Positions 14,151 through 23,438 of a DNA stretch of 40,870 nucleotides are shown in pieces; the stretch's first letter is position 1; the number at the start of each line of letters is the position of its first letter. A program made the translations under genes and the position numbers. The notes below the pieces were generated by a model. That model did no database searches. It was given only the letters and a program-made list of their open reading frames with translations, and had not been told where the DNA came from. Origin of the DNA: a virus; the IMG/VR virus record IMGVR_UViG_2651869533_000044, positions 1-40,870 of that record. One strand, written 5' to 3'.

Positions 14151-14753
14151 ATGTTTGTGTACATAAATCATTACAATATATACCAAGCCTATATGGAAGT
14201 CAATGGACGAAGATATGCGAGAGTTTCTGAAGTGATAAGCAGCTTCAATGACTTTTCAAAGATCCCCAAAGAAGTTCTCGAAAACAAGGCGCTTCTCGGC
14301 ACCAGAGTTCATGAACTCATCAAAGAGGAAATTCAAGGGGAGTTCCCTATTGCCCTCGGAAAGGAATGCGGCTACATGGAGAGCTTCGTACGGTGGAAAG
14401 ATGCAACTAGAGCCGAGTTTATTGCCTCTGAGAAACGGTATTGCGACGAGGAAAGAAGACTTACCGGTTGCATCGACGCTATCGTCAAATTGCATGGAGA
14501 AGATGAAGCTATCCTGGTCGATTTCAAAACCTCTGCTCAAGAGTCTCCTATCACGTGGCCTATGCAGGCTCACTTGTACTACTATTTATTGGTACGACAT
14601 AACGTTTCCGTGGCTAATCGCTTTCTTTTTATAAAGCTAGACCGTCATGGAAATATGCCAAACGTATTCCAATACAAATTTGACACTAACCTCTTAAATA
14701 AATGTTTGCAATTAGTTGATGAATATTGGGAGAACAAAAGCCTTGGACTATGA
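14151..14753 (+). CDS. PD-(D/E)XK family nuclease (recombination exonuclease partner of RecT)
   Basis: 200 aa, with an alternative start at 14193 (MEVNGRRY). GTRVHELIKEE and CIDAIV...ILVDFKTS fit the D..(D/E)xK core. It sits upstream of the RecT-like gene. Confidence 0.55.
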   Translation: MFVYINHYNIYQAYMEVNGRRYARVSEVISSFNDFSKIPKEVLENKALLGTRVHELIKEEIQGEFPIALGKECGYMESFVRWKDATRAEFIASEKRYCDEERRLTGCIDAIVKLHGEDEAILVDFKTSAQESPITWPMQAHLYYYLLVRHNVSVANRFLFIKLDRHGNMPNVFQYKFDTNLLNKCLQLVDEYWENKSLGL

Positions 14754-15007
14754 AAAGTACGCTATCGAGGACGAAGAAGAGTTTTGGGAAGAAGAAAGAG
14801 ACACTCATAGGCTGGAAGAACCTGATTCATACTGTGGGGGGTATTTAGAGCAGGCTGAGTATTCCTATGAGTGTCGAATATTCAAAGAAAAATAGGGGTG
14901 GCGACCGAGACAGCTGCTACCCCTAAGTACTGGCTTACTGTCCCAGCAGACAAACCAAACGAAAAGATCCATGAACGTATATGAAATATTTAACATGTAC
15001 GAGGATT

Positions 15008-15793
15008 ATGGTCAATATAACCAAATTTGAACAACAAAACAAAGACTTAGATACCCTGAGAGCAATGGCCGCGGTGGCTGTCCAATCTGGAAAATATAGC
15101 GCTGATTACAACCAAGCTACAGTTCTAAATATATTTATGACAGCAAGGGCTCTTGGAGTAGATCCAATGTTAGCTCTCAATGGCGGATTCAATATCATCA
15201 AGGGAAAGATCAATATGGGCGCTCACTTCATGGTAGCACTCGCCAGAAGAGCAGGACACTCCCTCAAAGTTGTAGAGATGACTAATACAAAATGTACTAT
15301 CATCGGAAAGAGGAAGGACAACGAAGATAGCCTAAAATATGAAATGGATTGGAATGAAGCAACCGCTGCTGGACTTACAAACAAGGATAACTGGCAAAAG
15401 AATCCTAAGCAGATGCTTTATTGCGCTTGTGTTCGCAACGTCTTCAGAATTCTATTTGCTGACATTGCCATACCATACGATGCTGATGAGATGGGCGATG
15501 ATGATCGATTAGAGGTTCAGAGCTCATTAGAGACGGTATCTGTGTGTGAGGCGATATCTGAGTCGGGTGAGACAAAAGAATCGATTGTAGAGCATTCTAG
15601 ACCCATTGGCGAAGATCCTAGAGTAACGCTACAACTAGAGTTGGCTAAAGACGGCACAGATTGTTCTAGACTTGATGAGTGGTTAGAGGCTAGATCTCTT
15701 TCTGTTGGGAAGCCATTATCGATCGTGATGCATCAATGCTTGACTAAGTTCGATAACTTCAAGAGCGCTTACAAAAAATGGATTGAATCCTAA
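15008..15793 (+). CDS. recT: RecT-like single-strand annealing protein
   Basis: The start MVNITKF is preferred because GAGGA lies 4 nt upstream; the ORF track starts at 14981. LNIFMTARALGVDP...GLTNKDNWQKNPKQMLYCACVRNVFRILF matches RecT family blocks. Confidence 0.62.
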   Translation: MVNITKFEQQNKDLDTLRAMAAVAVQSGKYSADYNQATVLNIFMTARALGVDPMLALNGGFNIIKGKINMGAHFMVALARRAGHSLKVVEMTNTKCTIIGKRKDNEDSLKYEMDWNEATAAGLTNKDNWQKNPKQMLYCACVRNVFRILFADIAIPYDADEMGDDDRLEVQSSLETVSVCEAISESGETKESIVEHSRPIGEDPRVTLQLELAKDGTDCSRLDEWLEARSLSVGKPLSIVMHQCLTKFDNFKSAYKKWIES

Positions 15794-16164
15794 AGGCTTG
15801 CTCGAGTTTCTTTTTTCTTCTCAAAGTTAAACTCTGTTTGAATGACTCTTGGCTTTCTTGGAAGTTTGTTACTCTCTTCCACGGAAGCCATCTCTTTTTT
15901 CAACCACTTCGTCTTATGAGACCAATCTAGGTAGTCTACTTTGTGCTTTTCTAGCACGTGGTTTAAGAATTGGGCTTCAACTTCGTCAAGGAAATGATTT
16001 TTTATGCAGTCCTTCACCACAAAAAGCAATTTAGAGCTTTTTTCATCGAAAATTCCAACTTCTGAAAAATTCTCGATAGCCTTTATTTTTTTTCTATCCT
16101 GAAAAAATCCTTCAAAGCGAGTTTTTAGCTCAGAAAGTCGGTCGAAAAGTGTTGATTTGGACAT
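15790..16164 (-). CDS. hypothetical protein (124 aa)
   Basis: ORF convergent with recT (4-nt overlap of the stops). No motif recognised. Confidence 0.5.
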   Translation of the reverse strand: MSKSTLFDRLSELKTRFEGFFQDRKKIKAIENFSEVGIFDEKSSKLLFVVKDCIKNHFLDEVEAQFLNHVLEKHKVDYLDWSHKTKWLKKEMASVEESNKLPRKPRVIQTEFNFEKKKETRASL

Positions 16165-16206
16165 AGATTCCTCTCATTTGGAGGTGAAAGAATACTCCTA
16201 AGCCAA

Positions 16207-16593
16207 TTATTCGTCCATCCAAGTGGGAAATTCTGTCTCTGTGTTGATTTTCCTTTTGGGCAAAGGAATTTGTCGTGTATATCGATCGGGAGTTTTAAAT
16301 CTATGCTCAATCTGGCCTATAGATCCCAAATAATTTAAGCAGCAACAAGTTTCCTCCTTGAATTTCAAATATGGCTCGTGAAAAGAAATGCTCCAAATTC
16401 TCCTTCTCTGGTTTTCAGTCCAAGCTATCCAAGCATTGTTCCTGTCTTTAGGAACTCCCCAAAATATTCCTTGACCAATCCAATGAGTTCGATCCATAAC
16501 TTTCCTAAAGAACAAACAATTAGAACCATAGTCCTGGTGAGGGCCTAAAGATCTATGAGAATCTTCCCTATCTTCAGCTGAGTATCTAGCCAT
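16207..16593 (-). CDS. hypothetical protein (128 aa)
   Basis: Trp-rich ORF whose start overlaps the end of the initiator gene by 8 nt, in operon orientation. Confidence 0.45.
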   Translation of the reverse strand: MARYSAEDREDSHRSLGPHQDYGSNCLFFRKVMDRTHWIGQGIFWGVPKDRNNAWIAWTENQRRRIWSISFHEPYLKFKEETCCCLNYLGSIGQIEHRFKTPDRYTRQIPLPKRKINTETEFPTWMDE

Positions 16594-17521
16594 TTCTTCT
16601 CAACTTGAAGCATTTCAGCATCTCTGCTTCGAAGGTTATGGGATTCTGCTCCATAGTGATTTTTTGATTTGTGCCTAAATGGATAAGTTCTTTGTCCCCG
16701 ATAAAGAATATTTTTGCCGTGGGATGCTGATCCAATCTCAATTGCTGAGCGCATTCATGTGCTACAGCTCGGTTTTTGGATACCCATCCCGGCTTCGTGT
16801 TGCAGGCGTTCATATTGAGAAAAATTCTATCGTAATTTCTTCTCAATCCCTCTGCTGATTGTAGCGTCTTAGACCAGAAAAAATCATTGAATGCCCATGC
16901 AATAGCATCTAAAAGCTCATTAGGCTTCCTAGAATCGATTCGAATGGCATCGTCTATGGTGTCACACCATTTATCGATTTTTGGCTCCTTAAACTTCGGA
17001 TGAATCGTTTTGATCTGCTTCAACAGCTCTTTGGCTATCTCTTCAGATTCTTTTGAAAAAGAGGAAACAGAAATCGTCCCGACTTTAGGAGGGTCAAGGT
17101 CCTCTTCGGACCTATCTTTCTGTTTCATTAAAGTACCTTTAGGTACTGATTGGTAAGACTCATTACTTAGTAGTGCTCGATTTTCCACGTCTTGAATAAC
17201 CACGTCTTGAAAACCGCGGTGTGGTAAACAATTTTTGAATTCCCTGACCACATAGTCAACATAAGCTATTCGTCCTTTTTCTCTGTGTCGAGTAAGTTCA
17301 ACATAACCCTCTCGCTTCAATTCTTTTAAGGCTGAATAGATAGCACATTCTTTTTCTTTGGATACAGATGCTAGATGAGAAACATGAAATTCCCAATCGT
17401 CAGGACGGGACATGCAGTAAGCCCATAGACCTTTAGCTTTGAAGCTAAGATTGGGATCTTCTAGAGCGCCTTTGTGGATGCAGACGTAATTTTTATCGTG
17501 TTTGACTCGAATGATAGACAT
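16586..17521 (-). CDS. replication initiator / replisome organiser with an N-terminal winged-helix domain
   Basis: 311 aa. The N-terminus YVCIHKGALEDPNLSFKAKGLWAYCMSRPDDWEFHVSHLASVSKEKECAIYSALKELKREGYVEL is the typical phage/plasmid Rep-organiser winged-helix pattern. Confidence 0.5.
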   Translation of the reverse strand: MSIIRVKHDKNYVCIHKGALEDPNLSFKAKGLWAYCMSRPDDWEFHVSHLASVSKEKECAIYSALKELKREGYVELTRHREKGRIAYVDYVVREFKNCLPHRGFQDVVIQDVENRALLSNESYQSVPKGTLMKQKDRSEEDLDPPKVGTISVSSFSKESEEIAKELLKQIKTIHPKFKEPKIDKWCDTIDDAIRIDSRKPNELLDAIAWAFNDFFWSKTLQSAEGLRRNYDRIFLNMNACNTKPGWVSKNRAVAHECAQQLRLDQHPTAKIFFIGDKELIHLGTNQKITMEQNPITFEAEMLKCFKLRRNG

Positions 17522-17523
17522 AT

Positions 17524-17550
17524 GGTTCTCAGGTTAAATTTCTGAGAACC
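17524..17550 (-). promoter_or_regulatory. 9-bp stem hairpin abutting the initiator start codon (possible translational control)
   Basis: The minus strand reads GGTTCTCAG-AAATTTAAC-CTGAGAACC and is followed directly by ATATG. No free Shine-Dalgarno sequence is visible. Confidence 0.4.
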
Positions 17551-17568
17551 CCTGGCATGCTTGATTTG

Positions 17569-17652
17569 TTGCCCTAGGCCCGTTATACTTGTATATAATG
17601 GGCCCTTCGTGGCAAGATGATAACGTTTCCACCAAGAAACGTTACATTTTTT
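17569..17652 (+). ncRNA. candidate short countertranscript antisense to the initiator leader (promoter, about 48 nt, terminator)
   Basis: TTGCCC-17-TATATA at 17569-17597, then the hairpin AACGTTTC-CACCAA-GAAACGTT (17622-17643) followed by ACATTTTTT. Confidence 0.3.
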
Positions 17653-17808
17653 GAACCTCTGGTCTGCATGCCAGGGGTTCTTCTTTTTCCACGATACTCT
17701 GAAGCAAATAAATAATCTAGAACAGTCTTTTACGAAGCCATTCCACACATAGCTGATAGAACAGCAAGAATGATGAGTATAAGTCCTTGAGAGACAGTAG
17801 GAAATTCT

Positions 17809-18012
17809 TCATGACGCGACTCCGCTAATTGCTGTTTGCGACGATACTTTTGGTGATAAGTCAACATGGGCACCTGTCTCTTGTTGGATTACATTCTCAG
17901 CTACTTCCTCGACGATGTTGTCGGGTCCTAGATATTTCACCGAAATAGCTCCTCCAATTGCACAGAGGGCAACGATGACGATAACTATCAAACTTAAAGA
18001 ACAACGCTTCAT
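17809..18012 (-). CDS. small secreted/membrane protein (67 aa), possible lipoprotein
   Basis: N-terminal MKRCSLSLIVIVIVALCAIGG is a signal-peptide/TM segment with a Cys after VAL. Confidence 0.5.
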   Translation of the reverse strand: MKRCSLSLIVIVIVALCAIGGAISVKYLGPDNIVEEVAENVIQQETGAHVDLSPKVSSQTAISGVAS

Positions 18013-18021
18013 ATATAACTC

Positions 18022-18735
18022 CTAAATTACGGTCAAGTTTCCGGTACTTCCCATCACTTTAAACACAGCTGCGGTAGTTCCTGCTACTATGCAAGAGATG
18101 TCTACCACGTCGCTTTCTTCAGTAGCTGCTAAGCTTGTAGATGCAGTTACAGATCCAAAGATTATCGTTTGAGTGCCGCTAGTGGTTACAATCCATTTTC
18201 CAGAGCTATAACCCACAATTGAGAAAGAATCTCCGAGAGAAGCGCTGCTTGGAAGGGCAAAGGTTACTTCAGTTGACCCGTTATCGACCAAATAGATGTT
18301 TTCCGCGGCCAAGGTCACAGAATCGGTTGTAACGTCGTTCCAGGTGTATCCGCTCGATGATGATGCAATAGTGATTGTGTGGGGAAGGTCTGTGGTTGAT
18401 CCAGTGATCGTTATTCCGTCTCCGGCTTCTAGAGTTATGACTCCATCAAGAGGGTAGATAGGGGTTGTTCCAGATGGAACTGCGAACTCGGTAGCAGATC
18501 CGTAAGCCCCTGCAAATTGAACCCAATTGGCTACATTGTCTGGTTTAGATAGGAGGATATAGGCATTTGGATAGATATATGGGCTTTCTGAGGATATGTT
18601 TGTATTAACCCAGATTGTTGGAACAGAAAACTTATAATTGGTGGATAAAGGTCCTAATTGAGTAGTGCTTAGAAAATAGGGAGTTGGCTGGGATGTCCCT
18701 TCGTAAGCCAATGGATTGAATGGAGGGATGCTCAT
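18022..18735 (-). CDS. tail fibre-like protein (237 aa)
   Basis: Ser/Thr/Gly-rich beta-type composition. Last of seven consecutive fibre-like ORFs. Confidence 0.45.
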   Translation of the reverse strand: MSIPPFNPLAYEGTSQPTPYFLSTTQLGPLSTNYKFSVPTIWVNTNISSESPYIYPNAYILLSKPDNVANWVQFAGAYGSATEFAVPSGTTPIYPLDGVITLEAGDGITITGSTTDLPHTITIASSSSGYTWNDVTTDSVTLAAENIYLVDNGSTEVTFALPSSASLGDSFSIVGYSSGKWIVTTSGTQTIIFGSVTASTSLAATEESDVVDISCIVAGTTAAVFKVMGSTGNLTVI

Positions 18736-18744
18736 ATTTTTCCT

Positions 18745-19251
18745 TTAGACGGTATAGAATCCTGTAAAAGATATAAATGTGGTTGAAGTCATATTGCTAT
18801 CTGTCCAAAATGTAACAGATCCTCCTGATGGAGCACTATCCCCGATTACTGCAGTCGTTGAACTATTCTGCATTTGAATAAATGGAGAAATGTTTCCTGA
18901 TGTAGTGGATGCGTTTTGCCAATTAGATATGTTAAAAAAACTTCTATTTCCATTTCCAATTGTAGTAATTGGAAATCCAGTAATAGTAACAGATCCAGTG
19001 CTACTTCCTATAGATGATAATTGAACAACTCCTTGAACAAAAACTACGCTACCAATCTGAGAATAAACACCAAATTGATATGTGTAGGTAATACCGATTG
19101 TTCCTCCTCCGAAGGCTATTCCTGGAGTCCAAGTTCCTTCGGAATATGTACTCAACGCTGTTCCAGATCCAAGAGTTATACTGGTCAATGTAGGAGTTGC
19201 GGTAAATGCACATCCAGATGATGTTAAAGAAGTTCCTGCTAATACTACCAT
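18745..19251 (-). CDS. tail fibre-like / receptor-binding protein (168 aa)
   Basis: Ser/Thr/Gly-rich. GTWTPGIAFGGG...YQFGVYSQIGSVVFV resembles fibre-tip domains. Confidence 0.4.
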   Translation of the reverse strand: MVVLAGTSLTSSGCAFTATPTLTSITLGSGTALSTYSEGTWTPGIAFGGGTIGITYTYQFGVYSQIGSVVFVQGVVQLSSIGSSTGSVTITGFPITTIGNGNRSFFNISNWQNASTTSGNISPFIQMQNSSTTAVIGDSAPSGGSVTFWTDSNMTSTTFISFTGFYTV

Positions 19252-19267
19252 GATTTTCCTTTAGAAT

Positions 19268-19903
19268 TTAGCATACTAAGTAGCCACCGAATTGAGTGTT
19301 TCCCTGTCCGCCAGCAATAGTCACTGTTTTGGTGCTTCCCGTAACAGCTGTATGAGCGTAACAAGTATCCCCAGCTGTCATACGAATCAATGCGCTGCTA
19401 TTTACTGCAAATTCACCCGATGTAATGTTAGATGTTGGATTTCCATAATACATAACAATGTTTTCGCTATTTGATATGAAATTGGAAGCAAGTAACGTGT
19501 GAGATAAGTTTAATCCCTCAAAGTACATTATGCAAAAAAAGTAGTATGTTCCGGTAACTGGAGCTGTGAATACACCTATTGATGCATTATAATTTGATCC
19601 AATGTTAGTTGTTGTGGAATCTAATACGAGTTGATATGAAGTGCTATCCCCAGTAACATCAGTTAGATCTACACTAGAATATGCAATAAATGAAGATGCG
19701 TTTGCCGAAGCGCTCCACGTCATTGCAGATGATCCGCCACCAGCTGAAGTTAGAAGGTATCCACTAGTTCCTGAAGTGATTGGAAGGTTAAAGTTATACG
19801 TTCCAGCAGCAGCTTGAGGGATAATGGAAACAGTCCCAGATGATGACCCAATAACATTTAACTGAGGAACTGTAGAGTTTATGCTGTTATTTATAGATGA
19901 CAT
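19268..19903 (-). CDS. tail fibre-like protein with a C1q/TNF-like C-terminal domain
   Basis: 211 aa. GVFTAPVTGTYYFFCIMYF is the hallmark C1q globular-domain strand pattern (F-x-AP-x-x-G-x-Y-x-F). Confidence 0.4.
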   Translation of the reverse strand: MSSINNSINSTVPQLNVIGSSSGTVSIIPQAAAGTYNFNLPITSGTSGYLLTSAGGGSSAMTWSASANASSFIAYSSVDLTDVTGDSTSYQLVLDSTTTNIGSNYNASIGVFTAPVTGTYYFFCIMYFEGLNLSHTLLASNFISNSENIVMYYGNPTSNITSGEFAVNSSALIRMTAGDTCYAHTAVTGSTKTVTIAGGQGNTQFGGYLVC

Positions 19904-19904
19904 C

Positions 19905-21137
19905 TTATACCGGAGTTACTTGTTGTCCTGTGATTGAAGCTGTCATAGACGCATCTGTTGATAGAAGCACATAGTATCCAGCTGGTAGGTATACGGTCAC
20001 AGGAACGATTCCAAGGACTGTAACGCCTACTATTAAGATATCCGCTGTCGGAGTCGATGTAGGCCCAACACCGCAAGAGAGAGTGCCGGCAGTGTTAACA
20101 GTTATATTTACGTAAACAATAAGAATTACATCGTACCCTGTAGTGTTCTGCAGAGCGGTTCCAAGGGATAAAGATCCAAGAGCTGCGTTAGCTAATGCAG
20201 AAGAAGTGGGTGATGTAACTACTCCTATTCCTGTAGAGGATGATGTTTGAGAAACAATAGAGTTTGAAAGATCCGTACAATCAAACATGTAATAGGTAGC
20301 ATTCGCGCTGGCATAACTATCATCGAGGAACGAACATGAGATGAAGTATGTAATAAAAGTTCCTCCAGCCACTATATTAAACGTTGATCCTGTGGCAAAA
20401 TAGCATCCTAGGAAAAACAGAGTGAATGTGCTGCTATCGTTGATTCTAAATAGAATTCCAGAAGCAAAGCTGCATTGTAGAAATTCTATTTGAGATTGCA
20501 CAGCTGTGTATAATTCTAATTCTACAGTAAAGAAAGAAGCTTGCGCGGAGATCTCTCCTAAACCGTTAAATATTAATGATGTTATCTCACAGTTTCTTAT
20601 GTCGGCAAACGATCTATTTGTCCCACCATCATTATCTGCTCTAAGACTTGATAAGAGAAGACCTTGGAATAGAACAGATGAATTTTCTAGAGTTATACTT
20701 CCGTCTGGGAAATCTATATTTGAAATACTTAGTTTGCAATCGGTAATAGTAGCTGTAACGCCATTTATGATTACGGAAGCTGGAATGGGAGCATTTGTTC
20801 CTTCAAGCAATAACATACCATAGGATGTTGGAGCGAAAGCAACTAGGTTTACTCCATCGTAGAAAGTAAGCGTTCCTCCAGTAGGAGTATAAGATCCTGG
20901 CTTCACGTAGACGTTAGCGGGATTGGAAGATGATGCTCCGGCAGTATTGGCAGCTGTCATGGCTGCTTGGATTCCAGCATCCCCTGTATACTCTGCGTGT
21001 GTATCTCCAGTTTGTCCAACAATATAAGGGGTTATAGAGTAGTATGTACCTCCAGAAGATGCTTGGTAGGTTGCTAGCTCTCCGTCACCATTGGATGTAA
21101 GAGTATCTGTTGAGGTACCAGGTCCGTAATAGGCCAT
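19905..21137 (-). CDS. tailspike/fibre-like protein, probable beta-helix (410 aa)
   Basis: Repetitive Ser/Thr/Asn/Gly-rich sequence with periodic hydrophobic residues, located in the fibre cluster. Confidence 0.4.
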   Translation of the reverse strand: MAYYGPGTSTDTLTSNGDGELATYQASSGGTYYSITPYIVGQTGDTHAEYTGDAGIQAAMTAANTAGASSSNPANVYVKPGSYTPTGGTLTFYDGVNLVAFAPTSYGMLLLEGTNAPIPASVIINGVTATITDCKLSISNIDFPDGSITLENSSVLFQGLLLSSLRADNDGGTNRSFADIRNCEITSLIFNGLGEISAQASFFTVELELYTAVQSQIEFLQCSFASGILFRINDSSTFTLFFLGCYFATGSTFNIVAGGTFITYFISCSFLDDSYASANATYYMFDCTDLSNSIVSQTSSSTGIGVVTSPTSSALANAALGSLSLGTALQNTTGYDVILIVYVNITVNTAGTLSCGVGPTSTPTADILIVGVTVLGIVPVTVYLPAGYYVLLSTDASMTASITGQQVTPV

Positions 21138-21138
21138 G

Positions 21139-22149
21139 TTAGTTTATATCCCAGTTTGTTCCGTTAAATACTAGTTGTACGGCATCATAGTTTCCTGCCA
21201 ATACTAGAGATGACTGACCGTCAATTGTTCCACTTGTAATAGTGATGTTATTAGTTCCTGCTGATCCGGTAGAATCCTTGATCAATACGAACTGACCTTT
21301 ATCCGGAGATGCATACAGATCGATAGTGATCGTACCCCCTGAAGAGTCGCAAGATAGATATTGGTCGGCTGCCACCATTGAATAGGTTCCGGCAGTTACT
21401 CCGGTAACTTCGTAGGCAGTAAATATAGCTGTAGGCGCCGTAACAGCTCCTAATTGACCTGTGGTAGTATCGATAGTCACATAGTTTGTATTCGAAGTGG
21501 TGACTCCTACAATACCAGCTATATAGCAAGTGTTTTGCTCTAGAGGATCGGTACCTTGAGTTCCGATTCTAATAGTATTGTTTTCTGCGGCTACTCCTAG
21601 ACTGCCTATCAAGATATTGCTACTCTCTGAAGAGGTGTAGTTTGTTCCAGAGAAGTAACCCACCATAGTATTAAAATTTCCGCTAACCAAAGAAATTCCT
21701 GAATGAGCGCCAATAGCGGTATTGTCTCCAGAGCCAGTTAATGCATTTAAAGCATAAGCTCCAACTGCCGTATTTGATGTTGCGTCATTAGCGGATTGTA
21801 GTGCGCCAATTCCAATTGCAACATGAGAATCGTCGTCTGTTATTGAAGCTAGAGCGGCTGCTCCAAGTCCTGTGCATCCGCTTGCCGTATTACTGGCAAC
21901 TCCAGCTAGAGATCCTAGAATTGTGTTGTCGTTGTCATCTGTTAAATTTAATGTAGAAACAGTGCCAGAATTGACGAATTGTACGGAACTTCCGCAATTT
22001 ATAGCTGCTTGATCCGCATAGATAGTAACTGTGGTTCCTGTGATAGAACCAGTGTCTCCGTCAATGGTGGTAATGCCTGAACCACTTCCTCCAGTACCCA
22101 CAAAATCGAAGTTTTGAGTGAATGGATTGTATACAACTCCTGTGCTCAT
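21139..22149 (-). CDS. tail fibre-like protein with YadA-head (Hep_Hag)-like repeats
   Basis: 336 aa. Repeats such as NTAVGAYALNALTGSGDNTAIGAHSG and NTMVGYFSG resemble trimeric-autotransporter head repeats. Confidence 0.45.
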   Translation of the reverse strand: MSTGVVYNPFTQNFDFVGTGGSGSGITTIDGDTGSITGTTVTIYADQAAINCGSSVQFVNSGTVSTLNLTDDNDNTILGSLAGVASNTASGCTGLGAAALASITDDDSHVAIGIGALQSANDATSNTAVGAYALNALTGSGDNTAIGAHSGISLVSGNFNTMVGYFSGTNYTSSESSNILIGSLGVAAENNTIRIGTQGTDPLEQNTCYIAGIVGVTTSNTNYVTIDTTTGQLGAVTAPTAIFTAYEVTGVTAGTYSMVAADQYLSCDSSGGTITIDLYASPDKGQFVLIKDSTGSAGTNNITITSGTIDGQSSLVLAGNYDAVQLVFNGTNWDIN

Positions 22150-22156
22150 TTAAACC

Positions 22157-22456
22157 TCAACTATATGTGTAAGATGCGTAATCGCTGAATACGAATTGGA
22201 AATCATTGGAAGCATTTCCATTTCCGTCTTGTGGCCAAGTGATAGAAGTTGGGATATCTGAGGTGTACTGAATATAGAATATCTGCCATACAGCATCATC
22301 TACACTCGCTCCAGGTCTAGCAAAACCAACGTATGCTAGTTGGCTAGATCCATTCAGAATTGACTGATAGGCAAGGTTTCCGAAAGAGGAGGGAATTACC
22401 CTCCCTTGCGCATCAAGTCTTCCAAAAGGTCTTAGATTTACTACTGGTATAGCCAT
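22157..22456 (-). CDS. hypothetical small virion-module protein (99 aa)
   Basis: ORF between two fibre genes. No motif recognised. Confidence 0.5.
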   Translation of the reverse strand: MAIPVVNLRPFGRLDAQGRVIPSSFGNLAYQSILNGSSQLAYVGFARPGASVDDAVWQIFYIQYTSDIPTSITWPQDGNGNASNDFQFVFSDYASYTYS

Positions 22457-22464
22457 TATTTACC

Positions 22465-23322
22465 TTACAGTGGTCGGATGATTAAATAAGAAAAGCTAGA
22501 TTGATCACCTGTTTGCGTATTCGCAGGAGTGCCAGGCTCTAGAGAGGTAAAAGTGATGCTAGTACCTGCTATGATGGTATAGGTAAGAACACCTAACGCA
22601 GTTGAAGAACCAGAACCGGTAGCGGAAATTCTATTAGTGTAAATTAGATCTCCAGCAGCGATATTTGTGTTGTTTACAACTAGAACGCCGTTGGTCAAGT
22701 TTCCAGAACCAACAAATCCAAGAGTTCCGCCAGCAATTTCTAAGTGATTCCCTATAGTGGATAGAGATAGATTTCCGTTAGTGGCTGTGATATTTCCAAG
22801 AGTTGCAGTAAGGGAAGTAGACGCTGTTAGAGATCCTGTTACGGATGTGTTGCCAGTAGCGTTCCCGATGCTGACAATGCCTGATCCGCCACTGCATATA
22901 TTAACTGCATTGGCTCCAGATCCTGTCCCTACGTTGACTATTTGAGTTCCAGAAGATGATCCTAGAGTGATAGCTCCCGTAGCAGCTGATCCGCCAATTA
23001 CTATGGTTCCGCTAGTCTGTCCTGATCCAATTGTAGAATTATTAGCTGCCTGTGCTGTTCCAAGGGTATAGGCTAGAGTGTTTGTCAAAGTGGTGAAGGA
23101 GCCAGCTCCTCCAGAAGTAGACAAAAGCTTCCATGTATCTAAACCACCAGATTTGGAGGAGAGCATATAGATAGCTCCGCTGGAATTTAAGATACCGATG
23201 GTGCCGAGTCTATTTTCGCTTAGAACCGCATCTGAAGGGGCTTCTAACAGTTGAAGGACGTTAGCTGGGTTGGCGACTTGTCCCCCGCCGTAGTAGGGAG
23301 TGTAATTAGGAAGGGTGGTCAT
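22465..23322 (-). CDS. tail fibre-like protein (285 aa), first of the fibre cluster
   Basis: Gly/Ser/Thr/Asn-rich with repeated GSG..TG..T units. A possible N-terminal adaptor segment is MTTLPNYTPYYGG. Confidence 0.45.
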   Translation of the reverse strand: MTTLPNYTPYYGGGQVANPANVLQLLEAPSDAVLSENRLGTIGILNSSGAIYMLSSKSGGLDTWKLLSTSGGAGSFTTLTNTLAYTLGTAQAANNSTIGSGQTSGTIVIGGSAATGAITLGSSSGTQIVNVGTGSGANAVNICSGGSGIVSIGNATGNTSVTGSLTASTSLTATLGNITATNGNLSLSTIGNHLEIAGGTLGFVGSGNLTNGVLVVNNTNIAAGDLIYTNRISATGSGSSTALGVLTYTIIAGTSITFTSLEPGTPANTQTGDQSSFSYLIIRPL

Positions 23323-23438
23323 AGAGAGGCTCCGTATAGGATGTTGTGTTAACTAAATTTTAGTGTAAACTTATTTTTATAAATATACTTTAAATGTTTC
23401 GGGTGGTATTCTTTTTGGAAAATGGAGCAGAAGTTATG

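Noticed and set aside
16125-17748. Small ORFs 16125-16310, 16545-16754 and 17461-17748 on the minus strand
   Set aside because: They overlap better-supported genes out of frame, or in the case of 17461-17748 they cover the structured non-coding leader. No ribosome-binding sites or motifs are present.
18022-23322. A diversity-generating retroelement or retron associated with the fibre genes
   Set aside because: No reverse transcriptase ORF and no template/variable repeat pair were found anywhere in the window.
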